Positions 53,191 to 63,879 of a DNA stretch of 64,000 nt are shown one piece after another; the stretch's first letter is position 1, and the number at the start of each line of letters is the position of its first letter. The stretch covers positions 1,734 through 65,733 of the forward strand of contig JAEDKN010000002.1 in assembly GCA_016295795.1 (NCBI GenBank). The letters run 5' to 3'. The translations under genes were made by a program, and so were the position numbers. Under the pieces are notes generated by a model. It searched no databases. It was given only the letters and a program-made list of their open reading frames with translations, and was not told the DNA's origin. Source of the stretch: Bacilli bacterium. GTDB taxonomy: Bacteria; Bacillota_I; Bacilli_A; RF39; UBA660.

Positions 53191-53256
53191 TTCACTTATG
53201 TACAAATAACCGTACTAAAAATCAAAAAATCTGATATAATTAATAAGAGTGATAGT

Positions 53257-53883
53257 ATGAAAAAGAATTATAAAGTGTTTTTGTTAATAGTGGTTTTAAT
53301 TATATATCAATCTTTTCTTTACTTGGTAAGCAAGTTAACTCCTCTTGATGTAACTGTTTTAGGAAATTGTTTAGATAATAAAATTCCATTTATATCTATA
53401 TATATTTATTTTTATATTAGTTGGTATGTTATGCTAATTATAGTTCCTTATTTAATATATGAGTATGATGAAGATGCCTTTTACAAATATGTAATGTCAA
53501 CTTTTTTTATAATAACAGTTACAAGTTTAATTTATATATTTTTTCCAACTACTATTATCAGAAGACCTATAATCGTTAATAATTTAACTACTTTTTTAAT
53601 TGACTTGATTTATCGAATAGATACTCCTGTTATGAATTGCTTTCCTAGTATGCATTGCGCAATATCATTTTTGTATATATTTATAATATTTGATAGTAAA
53701 GTTTTTCCTAAAAAAAAGAAATATTTTGTTTATATATGGTCTTTATTTGTTATTGCTTCAACGCTCTTTATCAAACAGCATGTTATAGTAGATGTAATAT
53801 CAGCGTTTATATTGTCATTATTTATTTATACAATTACTTGTAGAAGTGGTTTGTGGAAAAAAATAGTAATAAAAGAGAATTAA
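53257..53883 (+). CDS. PAP2_3 / sphingomyelin-synthase-like phosphatidic acid phosphatase family membrane protein
   Basis: Six hydrophobic helices; FPSMHCA (PSxH) and KQHVIVDVISAF (HxxxD) motifs; TGaTATAAT promoter at 53232-53240. Confidence 0.6.
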   Translation: MKKNYKVFLLIVVLIIYQSFLYLVSKLTPLDVTVLGNCLDNKIPFISIYIYFYISWYVMLIIVPYLIYEYDEDAFYKYVMSTFFIITVTSLIYIFFPTTIIRRPIIVNNLTTFLIDLIYRIDTPVMNCFPSMHCAISFLYIFIIFDSKVFPKKKKYFVYIWSLFVIASTLFIKQHVIVDVISAFILSLFIYTITCRSGLWKKIVIKEN

Positions 53884-53898
53884 AATTTCTCTTTTTTT
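53873..53898 (+). terminator. terminator after the PAP2-family gene
   Basis: AAGAGA/TCTCTT stem and a T7 run. Confidence 0.5.
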
Positions 53899-53922
53899 CA
53901 TATACTTGTTAAGAGTGATAAT

Positions 53923-55041
53923 ATGAGTGTGTCAACGGCAATTTATGTTAGAGTTTCAACGGAAGAGCAAGCTTTACATGGATTTTCTATTAGAGCACAG
54001 AAAGAGAAACTTATTTATTATGCAAAAAACATAAAAAATTGGGATGTATATGATACATATATAGATGATGGAATAAGTGGGAAAAACATTAAAGAAAGGC
54101 CGGAAATAAAAAGAATGTTGGAGGATATAGCAAACAAAAAAGTTAATAATGTACTGGTTTTTAAAATAGATAGATTAACTAGATCGACAAAAGATCTTAT
54201 AGATTTAATTGAATTTTTCAATAGAAATAATTGTGATTTTAATTCTCTTAATGAATCTATTGATACATCGAGCGCAACTGGCAGAATGTTTATTAAGATA
54301 ATAGGAATATTTGCAGAATTTGAAAGAGAGAATATTGTTGAAAGAGTTAAACTAGGTTTTGAAAGAAAGGTTAAAGAGGGAAATAGTATTTGTAGTTCAA
54401 CTCCACCGTTTGGATATAATAGACCAAAGGGAAGTAATATATTAGTTATAAATAAAAGTGAAAGTGTAATTGTAAAAAGAATATATGCATTTTTTTTGAA
54501 TGGATTTTCAATTAGTAAAATTTGTAATATTTTGAATATGCAAAATATAAAAACTAAAAAAGATAGAATGTGGAGTAACAAAACGATTAAATTGATATTA
54601 ACTAATACTACTTATATAGGTAAAGTTAGATATGGTGTCAATAAAAAAAATTATTTTGATACCTTTGGACATCATATTCCTATAATTTCCGAAAGTGAGT
54701 TTAATCTGGTACAGCAAAAGCTTCTTAAACAGGGTAGTAATCGAACTAAAACAGATGCATATTATTCACATATTTTAAAATGTAAGTGTGGATCTGATAT
54801 GATCTCAAAACGAATATATAAAATTAATAAAAGTGGGGTAAAAAAAGTTTATATAAATTACAGATGTAAAAATAAAAAAGATGGTTGTAGTAAAGATATA
54901 AGCCACAAAAAAATAGATAAAATGATGTCTTTAGTAAATGATGATTGGATAGTATTTTCTAATGAAGAAAAGTATGATTTCCTTATAAGAAAAAATATTC
55001 ATTTATTAGTAGAGAAAGGAAAGTTAAAAATAATAATGTGA
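53923..55041 (+). CDS. large serine recombinase (short form, 372 aa)
   Basis: AIYVRVSTEEQ catalytic Ser motif, FKIDRLTRS, FAEFERENIVERVK, recombinase domain, Cys motif CKCG...YRCKNKKDGC. Confidence 0.9.
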   Translation: MSVSTAIYVRVSTEEQALHGFSIRAQKEKLIYYAKNIKNWDVYDTYIDDGISGKNIKERPEIKRMLEDIANKKVNNVLVFKIDRLTRSTKDLIDLIEFFNRNNCDFNSLNESIDTSSATGRMFIKIIGIFAEFERENIVERVKLGFERKVKEGNSICSSTPPFGYNRPKGSNILVINKSESVIVKRIYAFFLNGFSISKICNILNMQNIKTKKDRMWSNKTIKLILTNTTYIGKVRYGVNKKNYFDTFGHHIPIISESEFNLVQQKLLKQGSNRTKTDAYYSHILKCKCGSDMISKRIYKINKSGVKKVYINYRCKNKKDGCSKDISHKKIDKMMSLVNDDWIVFSNEEKYDFLIRKNIHLLVEKGKLKIIM

Positions 55042-55082
55042 TTTTTATTTTGTCCACTAATAGTTAGCTTTTATGATATAGG

Positions 55083-55670
55083 TTCAGCTAGGTCGTGAGT
55101 AACCATAATTGCCGTTTTTCCTTCGTTCTTGATTATTTTATACACATCATCCGAAAGAGCTAATCTAGTTTGATAGTCTAAAGCACTAAACGGTTCATCT
55201 AAAAGGAGTATGTCAGGATTGGTTGCTAGTGTTCTGATAAGTGCTACCCTTTGCCTCATTCCACCAGATAATGAATCGGGATATTTGTTCATAAAATCTT
55301 TTAAACCATAAGTCTCCAATAATTTAATTACTCTGTTTTTAGACTCTTCAGTTAAGGTGTTACTTACTTCTAAGCCTATTAAGCAGTTTTCGAATATTGT
55401 TCTCCAAGGAAATAATGAATCTTTTTGAAGCATATATCCGATTTTTAAATTGTTATTTAATGATATATTACCACTTGATTTGTTTTCTAACCCTGATAGG
55501 ATTGACAATAATGTTGATTTTCCACAACCAGAAGGACCAACTATTGAAATAAATTCTTTGTCTTTGACTTTTAAATCAATATTTTCAATAGCTAATATCT
55601 CGCTTTTTTTATCATGATAAATCTTTTTAAGATTGCTAATTTCTAAAATTGTATTATCCACATTAATCAC
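55083..55670 (-). pseudogene. 5' fragment (196 codons) of the split SsuB/TauB-like ABC ATPase gene
   Basis: GPSGCGKST Walker A, LSGGMRQR signature, ILLLDEPFSALD Walker B, MVTHDLAE H-loop, then 3 foreign codons and a stop at 55071. Confidence 0.88.
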
Positions 55671-56652
55671 TGTTATAGATCAAATCTTCATAAGGTACGA
55701 TTTCGTCCAATTCTCCTGATGCAATCATGATTTCTTGTAAATGTTCAAATGATTCTTGTGTAAATTCAGTATTTTTTGGCCAAGTATCTTGGCTTTTATA
55801 TCTTTCTATTACTTTTGTTAAATCTGTTAGGGAAGTATCTGGGAAAAATTCTAATATTGATTTAGCAATAGTTTCACTATCGTTTTCATGTACAAAATCC
55901 AATCCTTTTTGTACAGCTCTTGTGAATTTTTCTATAATTTCTTTGTTCTCTTTTATGTAGCTTATTCTAGCACTATAAGAAGTATATGGAACAACACCTC
56001 CTAATTCACCAATTGAGGCAACTACGTAACCATATCCTTGCTGTTCAACTTCTAAAGCAGTTGGTTCAAAAAGCGTCACAAAATCGCCAGTTCCTCCAAT
56101 AAAGGCTCCTCCCATTGCTGCAAAAGCGATGCTAGTATCAATAGTTAAATCTTTTTCTGGATCAATTCCTGCTTCCCTAAGTGCCCATTCAAATGTCATT
56201 TCTGGCATTCCTCCAGCTCTTCCACCAATAACAGTTTTTCCTTTTAAATCTTCTAGGGTAAAATTTTCTATCTTTTCTCTAGATACTAAAAAACTTCCAT
56301 CTTTTTGGGTTAGTTGTGCAAAAGTTTTAAGATAATCCTTTTCTCCACCATTATAAACATAAATAGTTGCTTCGCTTCCAGAAAATCCAATATCGACATC
56401 ACCTGACAAAACTGCTGCTGTAACTTTATCTGCACCCGGAGTTAAAGTTAAGTCAATGTCTAATCCTTCTTCTTCAAAGAAACCTTCACTTATTGCTGCA
56501 TATTGTGGTGCATAAAATATACTATGAGCGACTTCAGCAACTTTTACTTTGGTTAGATTATTCTTCTTACCTGTATTAAGATTTACAATAACAGCGCATA
56601 CTAAAATAAATAATCCTAAAATTGCAATAGTAGTAATTATTCTTTTTTTCAT
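55663..56652 (-). CDS. ABC transporter substrate-binding protein, NMT1/THI5 (SsuA/TauA-like) family
   Basis: N-terminal anchor; VAEVAHSIFYAPQYAAISEGFFEEEGLDIDL; first gene of the SBP-ATPase-permease operon. Confidence 0.8.
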   Translation of the reverse strand: MKKRIITTIAILGLFILVCAVIVNLNTGKKNNLTKVKVAEVAHSIFYAPQYAAISEGFFEEEGLDIDLTLTPGADKVTAAVLSGDVDIGFSGSEATIYVYNGGEKDYLKTFAQLTQKDGSFLVSREKIENFTLEDLKGKTVIGGRAGGMPEMTFEWALREAGIDPEKDLTIDTSIAFAAMGGAFIGGTGDFVTLFEPTALEVEQQGYGYVVASIGELGGVVPYTSYSARISYIKENKEIIEKFTRAVQKGLDFVHENDSETIAKSILEFFPDTSLTDLTKVIERYKSQDTWPKNTEFTQESFEHLQEIMIASGELDEIVPYEDLIYNSD

Positions 56653-56729
56653 AACAACCTCCTTGTATAATAATTACATTTTATTATACGCAAATAGTGC
56701 ACTTATGTGCTCAATCAAAAAAGACCAAC

Positions 56730-57434
56730 TTATAAAGTTTGATCTTTAATTAAAGTAGGCACTTTGCTTATAATAAAGCAATTGTTTATTAAATTCGGGA
56801 CTTTATCTTTTAAGGCAATAAAATCTTTTATACTATTTATTTCATCTATGAATATTTCATGTCCATTAAATATTTTTGCTTCAATTTCATCTATGTTAAT
56901 GTTTTCCTTTGGTACTATGTAAAAATCAAATGAATACTTCCATTTAGAATCATCTGATACATATATTCCTATTTTTGCATTTGTTTCTTTTTCTAATAGT
57001 AATTCTATTATTTCTTGTGAATTTGAAGTTATGAATGCATTGATTTTGTTATTGTCTAAAATTTCTAAAGTTTTATTAACAATAATGTTATTTTTATCTT
57101 TTGAATCATTTATATTTATGATTAGTATATTATTATAATTGTGAATTTTTATAAATTCTTCTATAGTTATTATATAACTTTTTTTAATTTTAGATCCAAT
57201 ATTTAGTTTTTTAATATCCTTTAAATTGCTTTTAGTTATATACTTAGGGTCTACTCCGATTTTGGTTAAAACATTTTTATCTACCATGATAATTTCATTA
57301 TCTTTAGTTATATAAATATCACTTTTTATTCCTGATAGATATTCTTTGTTATTAGATAAAGAAAAACTTCCTAAAGTATAGCTTGTAGTATTCTTAGATG
57401 AAATCCCTCCAGAGGCAATTAGATTGGTTAAAAT
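56730..57434 (-). CDS. glycerophosphodiester phosphodiesterase (GDPD) fold protein with degenerate catalytic residues; no canonical start for the N-terminal 49 codons (possible ATT start at 57434, or a pseudogene)
   Basis: LIASGGISSKNT..IKSDIYITKDNEIIMVDKN aligns to GDPD IxAHRG..PENT..IExDV..TKDG..V..HD; the frame is open from the stop at 57450-57452 to 56730. Confidence 0.5.
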   Translation of the reverse strand: MLTNLIASGGISSKNTTSYTLGSFSLSNNKEYLSGIKSDIYITKDNEIIMVDKNVLTKIGVDPKYITKSNLKDIKKLNIGSKIKKSYIITIEEFIKIHNYNNILIININDSKDKNNIIVNKTLEILDNNKINAFITSNSQEIIELLLEKETNAKIGIYVSDDSKWKYSFDFYIVPKENINIDEIEAKIFNGHEIFIDEINSIKDFIALKDKVPNLINNCFIISKVPTLIKDQTL

Positions 57435-57521
57435 TTTATCATCTCCTAATCACTTTATTATATGAAATCACTACAAAAAAAATCATATGTATGATAAACT
57501 ATAATAGTAGTAGGTGGTATT

Positions 57522-57698
57522 ATGATAGAAGTAACTGATCAAATTATTGAGAGAGCAATTTTAATGGCTGCAGCTAATATTGCTATGGAAGAAGATTTAA
57601 AAATCACTTCTAAAGATATATTAATGGCAAAAAGTTTTTTTGAATTAGAAAAAGTGAAGAAGAAAGGTACTAAAAATAATGGAAGATACATGGGATGA
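57522..57698 (+). CDS. 58-aa VbhA-like Fic antitoxin (below the ORF-track cutoff)
   Basis: MIEVTDQIIERAILMAAANIAMEEDLKITSKDILMAKSFF...; AGGTGG RBS; overlaps the Fic start by 20 nt; NIAMEE sits at the position of the (S/T)xxxE(G/N) inhibitory motif. Confidence 0.6.
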   Translation: MIEVTDQIIERAILMAAANIAMEEDLKITSKDILMAKSFFELEKVKKKGTKNNGRYMG

Positions 57699-58299
57699 AT
57701 ATATAATAGAAGGAACTGATACTTTAAAAAATAAACTTGGAATTACTGATAAAGATAAATTATCTGAATTAGAGAAAGAAAAAATATTACCTAAATTAAC
57801 TTATTTGCACATAAATCCAATTTTTTCTGGGTGTGATAGTGATCATTTAAAAAATATTCATAATTTTTTATTTGAAGATATATATGAATGGGCCGGAGAA
57901 TATAGAACTTGTACTCTTAGAAAAAATATGTATAATTTTTTAGAACCAGAATTGATTGAAGAAGAATTAGAGAAAGTTATAGAAAGATATAATAATGAAA
58001 TAAATAAAGTAAAAACACCAGATGAGTATGCCTTTGTATTAGCGCCATTTTATTACGATTTAATAAGAATTCACCCTTTTAGGGAAGGAAATGGTAGGAG
58101 TATAAGGGAATTCATAAGAGAGGTTGTTTTAGAAAAAAATGCTGTGTTGCCATTCGATGTAGAATTAGATTATACGAAAATTGATAAAAATAATTTGCTT
58201 ATGGGGACAATGAATAGATATTTTTATCCCAGTTTAATAGAAACAGAATTTTTAAAAGGATTGATACCATTAGAGAAAGAAAAAATGACAGGAAAATAG
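57679..58299 (+). CDS. Fic-domain protein (AMPylase-type toxin)
   Basis: Canonical HPFREGNGRSIR Fic motif. Confidence 0.88.
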   Translation: MEDTWDEYIIEGTDTLKNKLGITDKDKLSELEKEKILPKLTYLHINPIFSGCDSDHLKNIHNFLFEDIYEWAGEYRTCTLRKNMYNFLEPELIEEELEKVIERYNNEINKVKTPDEYAFVLAPFYYDLIRIHPFREGNGRSIREFIREVVLEKNAVLPFDVELDYTKIDKNNLLMGTMNRYFYPSLIETEFLKGLIPLEKEKMTGK

Positions 58300-58307
58300 A
58301 GGTAATT

Positions 58308-60389
58308 ATGAAAATAGAAGAGTTAAATAAAGAACAACAAAAAGCAGTATTGGTTAGCAGTGGGCCACTTTTAATTTTGGCAGGAGCAGGTAGTGGAAAG
58401 ACAAGAGTATTAACAACCAAGGTTGCATATTTGATAGAAAATTTAGGAGTTAATCCCTATAATATTTTAGCTATTACATTTACAAATAAAGCTGCCAAGG
58501 AAATGAGCGAAAGGCTTTTAGGTATGATTGGTGAGGTGTCAAAGCAGGCACAAGTTTCTACGTTTCATTCGTTTGGCCTTAAAATATTAAGAGAAAATTG
58601 TTCTAATCTTGGATATAATTCGAATTTCATAATAATGGATAGTGATGATACTTTAACTATTATAAAAAGAATTTTAAAACAATTAAATTTGGATAGTAAG
58701 ATATATAATCCTTCTGCGATTAGAAATAAAATTAGTGGTTGTAAAAATGAATTGATGGAACCAGAAGATTATGAGAAATATGCAGCTAGTGATTTTGAAA
58801 AAGTGGTTTTAAAAGTCTATGAGATATATCAAAGGACATTAAAACAAAATAACTCAGTTGATTTTGATGATCTACTTGTATTACCAATAAATTTATTTAA
58901 AAAGTTTCCTGATGTTTTAGATAAATATCAAGAAAGGTTTAAATATATATTAATAGATGAGTATCAGGATACAAACAAGGCTCAATATGTACTTACAAAA
59001 TTAATAAGTGCAAAATATAGAAATATTTGTGTAGTGGGAGATGTCGATCAGTCTATTTATGGATTTAGAGGTGCTAATTACAGAAATATTTTGAATTTTG
59101 AAAAAGATTACAAAGATGCAATAACTATAAAATTAGAACAAAATTATCGTTCTACTAATAATATACTTGAGGCTGCAAATTCTGTTATAAAAAACAATAA
59201 GGAAAGAAAATCTAAGAATCTTTGGTCCGATAAAGGGAAGGGTGAAAAGATAACTTATTTTAGGGCATTCAACGAAAGAGATGAAGCGTTTTATGTTATT
59301 AGAGAAATAAAAAAATTGTTAGCTAAAGGCATTAAATATGAAGATATCGCAGTATTATACAGAACTAATGCTCAGTCTCGTATTATGGAAGAGGAATTAC
59401 TAAAGGAAAATTTACCATATAGGGTTGTTGGAAGTTTTTATTTTTATAGCCGTAAAGAGATAAAAGATTTAATTGCATATTTAAGATTAATATATAATGA
59501 TAAAGATGATATTAGTCTATTAAGGGTAATAAATACACCAAAGCGAGGAATTGGAAACAAAACGATTAGCAATTTGGTGAATATGGCTAATATTGAAAAT
59601 AAAAGTATTTATGAGGTTATTTCATCAGGAAAAGAATTGGAGTTCAAAAAAGTTATTGAAGATTTAAAGGAAATTTCTAAAAATATAACTTTAACAGAGT
59701 TAGTTGATAAAATATTAGATGTTTCTGGCATTAGAGAAGAATATAAAAATGAGAAGTCTTTGGAGGCAGATATAAGACTTGAAAATTTGGAAGAATTCAA
59801 GTCTATTACAAAATCATTCGAAGAACAGTATGGACTTGTATCACTAGAGGACTTTTTGCTTGAGATAAGTTTAGTTAGTGATGTAAATGAATACAAAGAC
59901 GATAAAAATAGAATTAGTTTAATGACTGTACATTCTGTTAAAGGATTAGAATTTGATTATGTATTTGTAATTGGATTAGAAGAAGGAATATTCCCACATA
60001 TTAATTCTTTGCTTGATAACAGTGAAATAGAAGAGGAAAGAAGACTCATGTATGTTGCGATAACTAGAGCACGTAAAAAATTGTATTTAGTTAATACTAG
60101 AATGCGTACATTATATGGTAGGGAACAAGCAAATCCAACAAGTAGATTTTTAAATGAAATTGACGATCATTTAATAGAAAAGAACTTCACAGAATCTGAA
60201 AAGAAAGAGAAAAAAGAATTCTTTCATGAAGAAAATGTTGAATATAATGTTGGAGATTATGTTTATCATGAAATATTTGGTCAAGGAAAAGTTGTAGAAG
60301 TTACTAACACCCTTGTAAGTATTGCCTTTAAACATCCATATGGAATTAGAAAACTTATGAAAAATCATAAAAGTTTAAGCAAAGTATAA
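58308..60389 (+). CDS. pcrA: ATP-dependent DNA helicase PcrA (UvrD family)
   Basis: AGAGSGKT Walker A, DEYQDTN, QNYRST, VHSVKGLEF motifs; pcrA-ligA order. Confidence 0.96.
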   Translation: MKIEELNKEQQKAVLVSSGPLLILAGAGSGKTRVLTTKVAYLIENLGVNPYNILAITFTNKAAKEMSERLLGMIGEVSKQAQVSTFHSFGLKILRENCSNLGYNSNFIIMDSDDTLTIIKRILKQLNLDSKIYNPSAIRNKISGCKNELMEPEDYEKYAASDFEKVVLKVYEIYQRTLKQNNSVDFDDLLVLPINLFKKFPDVLDKYQERFKYILIDEYQDTNKAQYVLTKLISAKYRNICVVGDVDQSIYGFRGANYRNILNFEKDYKDAITIKLEQNYRSTNNILEAANSVIKNNKERKSKNLWSDKGKGEKITYFRAFNERDEAFYVIREIKKLLAKGIKYEDIAVLYRTNAQSRIMEEELLKENLPYRVVGSFYFYSRKEIKDLIAYLRLIYNDKDDISLLRVINTPKRGIGNKTISNLVNMANIENKSIYEVISSGKELEFKKVIEDLKEISKNITLTELVDKILDVSGIREEYKNEKSLEADIRLENLEEFKSITKSFEEQYGLVSLEDFLLEISLVSDVNEYKDDKNRISLMTVHSVKGLEFDYVFVIGLEEGIFPHINSLLDNSEIEEERRLMYVAITRARKKLYLVNTRMRTLYGREQANPTSRFLNEIDDHLIEKNFTESEKKEKKEFFHEENVEYNVGDYVYHEIFGQGKVVEVTNTLVSIAFKHPYGIRKLMKNHKSLSKV

Positions 60390-60408
60390 TTATTATACTT
60401 TGTTTTTA
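60380..60408 (+). terminator. hairpin and T-run at the pcrA 3' end
   Basis: CAAAGTAT...ATACTTTG palindrome followed by T5. Confidence 0.55.
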
Positions 60409-60585
60409 GTTTAAGACTTATTTAATTAAAGTTAATGTGATATAATTATGTCATGGTATAAAGGAAGAAACTGATGTTACAGGAAATATAAGATTAGAAT
60501 TATTGAACTATATGTTGATGTTTTTTCACATTTTTACATCTAGAATGAAGCGATTCTATAATACAAGTTTTAAAAAATGTTATAA

Positions 60586-62616
<2,031 letters not shown>

Positions 62617-62718
62617 ATAAATGTTGTAGATAATATTAATGGTGATAATATGAATAGTTTAAGGAGAGAATATCTCTTAGGTAAAAGATATTACCTAAAA
62701 ATATTACACCATAATAAG

Positions 62719-62751
62719 AAATCCACTATAGATGTATAGTGGATTTTTTTT
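62719..62751. terminator. bidirectional terminator between ligA and the radical SAM gene
   Basis: Perfect 12-bp stem AAATCCACTATA/TATAGTGGATTT, T8 run. Confidence 0.75.
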
Positions 62752-62761
62752 AGTAAATCAA

Positions 62762-63700
62762 TTAGTTATCAGATTTAATTCCTTGGTATGAATCTCTTCT
62801 TGCCATCTCTTTGTCTATTTCATTTAAAACTCCAAATTTTTTGATTAGCCAGGTTGGTTCAACTAAATCCTTTGGATTAGGATCACCTGTTATTCTATTA
62901 ATTACTATCTCTTCATTTAATAATTCCAATTGATCACAAACTATATTTACATATTCTTCTCTAGATAGAATATGAAATTGTTTTTTTCTATATAGTTGTT
63001 CTAAAGCAGTATCTTTTATTATATGAAGCATATGTATTTTTATGCCTTGTATATCTAATTTATTTAAGTATTTAACTGTTTCTAGCATCATTTCTTTTGT
63101 TTCGTAAGGAAGTCCATTAATAATGTGGACTACAACATTGATATTTTTATCTCTTAGTTTTTTTACACATTTCTCAAAGCATTCTAAGGTGTGGCATCTA
63201 TTAATAAGTTTAGAAGTTTTTTCATGTATAGTTTGAAGTCCTAGTTCTACAGTTAAATATGTTTTTTGATTTAATTGTTCCAAGTAATCTAAGCATTCAT
63301 CACTTATGCAATCGGGACGAGTTGCGATACTTAAACCAATTACATTATCAAATTTTAATACTGATTCATATTTTTCTTTTAAAGTTTTGACAGGTGCATA
63401 TGTATTAGAATTAGCTTGAAAGTAAGCAATGTATTTGGCATCTGGCCATTTTTTTAGCATCATGTTTCTTACTTCAACGAATTGTTCTTCTAATGATTTT
63501 TCAATATCGCCTCCAAAATCTCCACTACCCAGTTTGGAACAATATATGCAACCACCATATCCAACAGTTCCGTCTTTATTAGGACAGCTGAATCCAGCAT
63601 TTAGGCTAACTTTAAACACCTTGCTTCTAAATTTACTTTTATAGAAATAGTCAAGTGTATGGTATCTTTTGTTTGAATCAGAATATTTAAATTTATTCAT
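62762..63700 (-). CDS. TIGR01212-family radical SAM protein
   Basis: GFSCPNKDGTVGYGGCIYC Cys motif typical of this family. Confidence 0.85.
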   Translation of the reverse strand: MNKFKYSDSNKRYHTLDYFYKSKFRSKVFKVSLNAGFSCPNKDGTVGYGGCIYCSKLGSGDFGGDIEKSLEEQFVEVRNMMLKKWPDAKYIAYFQANSNTYAPVKTLKEKYESVLKFDNVIGLSIATRPDCISDECLDYLEQLNQKTYLTVELGLQTIHEKTSKLINRCHTLECFEKCVKKLRDKNINVVVHIINGLPYETKEMMLETVKYLNKLDIQGIKIHMLHIIKDTALEQLYRKKQFHILSREEYVNIVCDQLELLNEEIVINRITGDPNPKDLVEPTWLIKKFGVLNEIDKEMARRDSYQGIKSDN

Positions 63701-63879
63701 TTGATCACATCCATTAATTATTATAACAGATATATTTAATCAAAAAAACTTTTAAATGTTCTAATATCAAAAAATATTTGCAAATTTATTTTTAAAATCA
63801 CTTGAATATATTTGATAAATCTAATATACTATATACAAAATATTAGATTACTAAAAGAAGTAGTAATAAATTATGTTTT

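Larger units (their letters stand above)
53191..55082. mobile_element. ~1.9-kb integrated element (PAP2-family gene plus large serine recombinase) interrupting the ABC ATPase gene
   Basis: Bounded by the two ATPase halves; TTCA at both junctions (53191-53194, 55083-55086); joining the flanks restores the ORF. Confidence 0.8.

Noticed and set aside
56697-56712. GTGCAC-TTAT-GTGCTC near-palindrome upstream of the ABC operon, as a repressor operator or riboswitch.
   Set aside because: Only a 4+4 perfect inverted repeat is present, the promoter geometry is unclear, and no riboswitch-like conserved core (for example a THI box) is visible.
62650-62739. 29-codon ORF (MNSLRREYLLGKRYYLKILHHNKKSTIDV) between ligA and the terminator.
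   Set aside because: The RBS is weak, it overlaps the terminator hairpin, and no family is recognisable. It is probably non-coding.
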